Positions 62,971 through 64,000 of a DNA stretch of 64,000 nucleotides are shown here, piece after piece; position 1 is the first letter of the stretch; the number at the start of each line of letters is the position of its first letter. Source of the stretch: Vicugna vicugna (lineage: Eukaryota). Below the pieces are notes generated by a model that was not told the DNA's origin, did no database searches, and saw only the letters and a program-made list of their open reading frames with translations. Where the stretch lies: contig MU057728.1 in assembly GCA_013265495.1 (NCBI GenBank), forward strand, positions 35,767 through 99,766, in the 5' to 3' direction. The translations under genes were made by a program, and so were the position numbers.

Positions 62971-64000
62971 AAAATAGATGACTGCAATAATGATTGACAG
63001 CACAAAGCCAGCTCAGCTGAGGGACCCGTGAGGAGCCCAAGAAGGGAGATCTGAGCACAGAGGGGCTCTGGGAACTGTTCCCAGGGTGGAGAGGGCCTGA
63101 TGTGACCTTGGAGGTAGCAGTAGGGTCAGAGCCGCCAGGCACACAGGCTGTGTCGAAACTGGCACCCTTGAGAGTGCTCACGCCAGCCTGGGTGAAACTT
63201 CTCTCTCACTGGCACATCTGGACCCAGCGTTTGCTACCACCCCACCCCCCTTGCCAGCGCCTGGGCCCCTGGCCGTGTCCTGACTTCAGTGCGGCATTCC
63301 CGGCAGGTCCTGGAGCCTGGGAGACTTCAGAGGAGGCAATCTGGCTCGTGGCAGGGCAGGATTTCCCACGTGGGCTTTATTCTGGGGAGTGAGAGGTTGG
63401 AACCACAGTCCTGACCTGACAGCCAGGGCCTGCTACCCGCAGGACATTTCAGAGTCAGAGTCAAGTTCTTCCATCCTCCAGGCTGTCCTGTGCCAGGCCC
63501 AGGCCCCGGTCACAGTGAGTGCCTCCAAGTGGGGCAGGGCTGGGGTGACCTGTTGCCCAGTCTCACTATGGGAACAGAGGCCCTGCTAACCGTGTGGAGG
63601 GCAAGAGACCCAGCTGCCCGGTCCTAGAGGAGCAGCCTTGCTCAGGGCCCACTGGGGGCAGAACTCCCCCTTCCCTCTGGGCCAGAATGCTGGGGAGCGA
63701 CGGGCAGGTGCTTGGTTTTCAGCGTCCCCTTTGGAATGGGAAGGCGGAGTGTTAACTCTTTTACCAGCAGGGACAGGGTTCCCAGAAAAGCTGCGTTCTG
63801 ACACCTGGACTTCTGGGGCCAGCCTGGCTGGTCAGCTCCAGCCACTCTGCCGGTCCCAGGACGGCTGCCTCTCCGGGGCCTTTTCTGGGGGTCTCTGGAG
63901 CTCAGGGTGTGGGGATGGTAGCCTGAAAAGGCTTAGAACATTTCTGGGATAGAAGGAAATGCTCTCAGCCAGCAGGTGGATGTAGGAGGCATTAATCCAG

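Larger units (their letters stand above)
7201..64000 (+). other. NTN1: Large NTN1 intron (continues beyond window)
   Basis: Starts GTGAGT. No downstream netrin LE-2 coding sequence is seen in the ORF track. TE-rich. Confidence 0.85.

Noticed and set aside
1..64000. CRISPR array, operon or other novel multi-gene system
   Set aside because: The sequence is a mammalian gene locus. I saw no regularly spaced repeat-spacer array and no second credible coding gene.

Overview
Mammalian genomic DNA, most likely camelid (tRNA-Ala-derived Vic-1-like SINEs; no Alu, Bov-tA or PRE1 recognised). It carries the 5' part of NTN1 (netrin-1) on the + strand: a CpG-island promoter (~4.7-7.5 kb), a non-coding first exon with a (GGC)15 tract, and the large first coding exon (CDS 6183-7200; signal peptide, laminin N-terminal domain, first LE/EGF module). 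The next ~57 kb are a single intron filled with L1, L2, MIR, LTR and DNA-transposon remnants. I found no further NTN1 exon and no second protein-coding gene, and I cannot support a new multi-gene system. The best second-look items are the leader architecture (GGC tract, G-quadruplex, strong-Kozak uORF, ambiguous exon-1 donor), a cryptic donor and an apparent L267V change in the coding exon, a twin-primed L1 with a 3' transduction, nested L1s with intact TSDs, and an L2 fossil keeping endonuclease and RT motifs plus a perfect GLI site. Repeat family names come from visual recognition, and repeat boundaries are approximate unless TSDs or TIRs are given.
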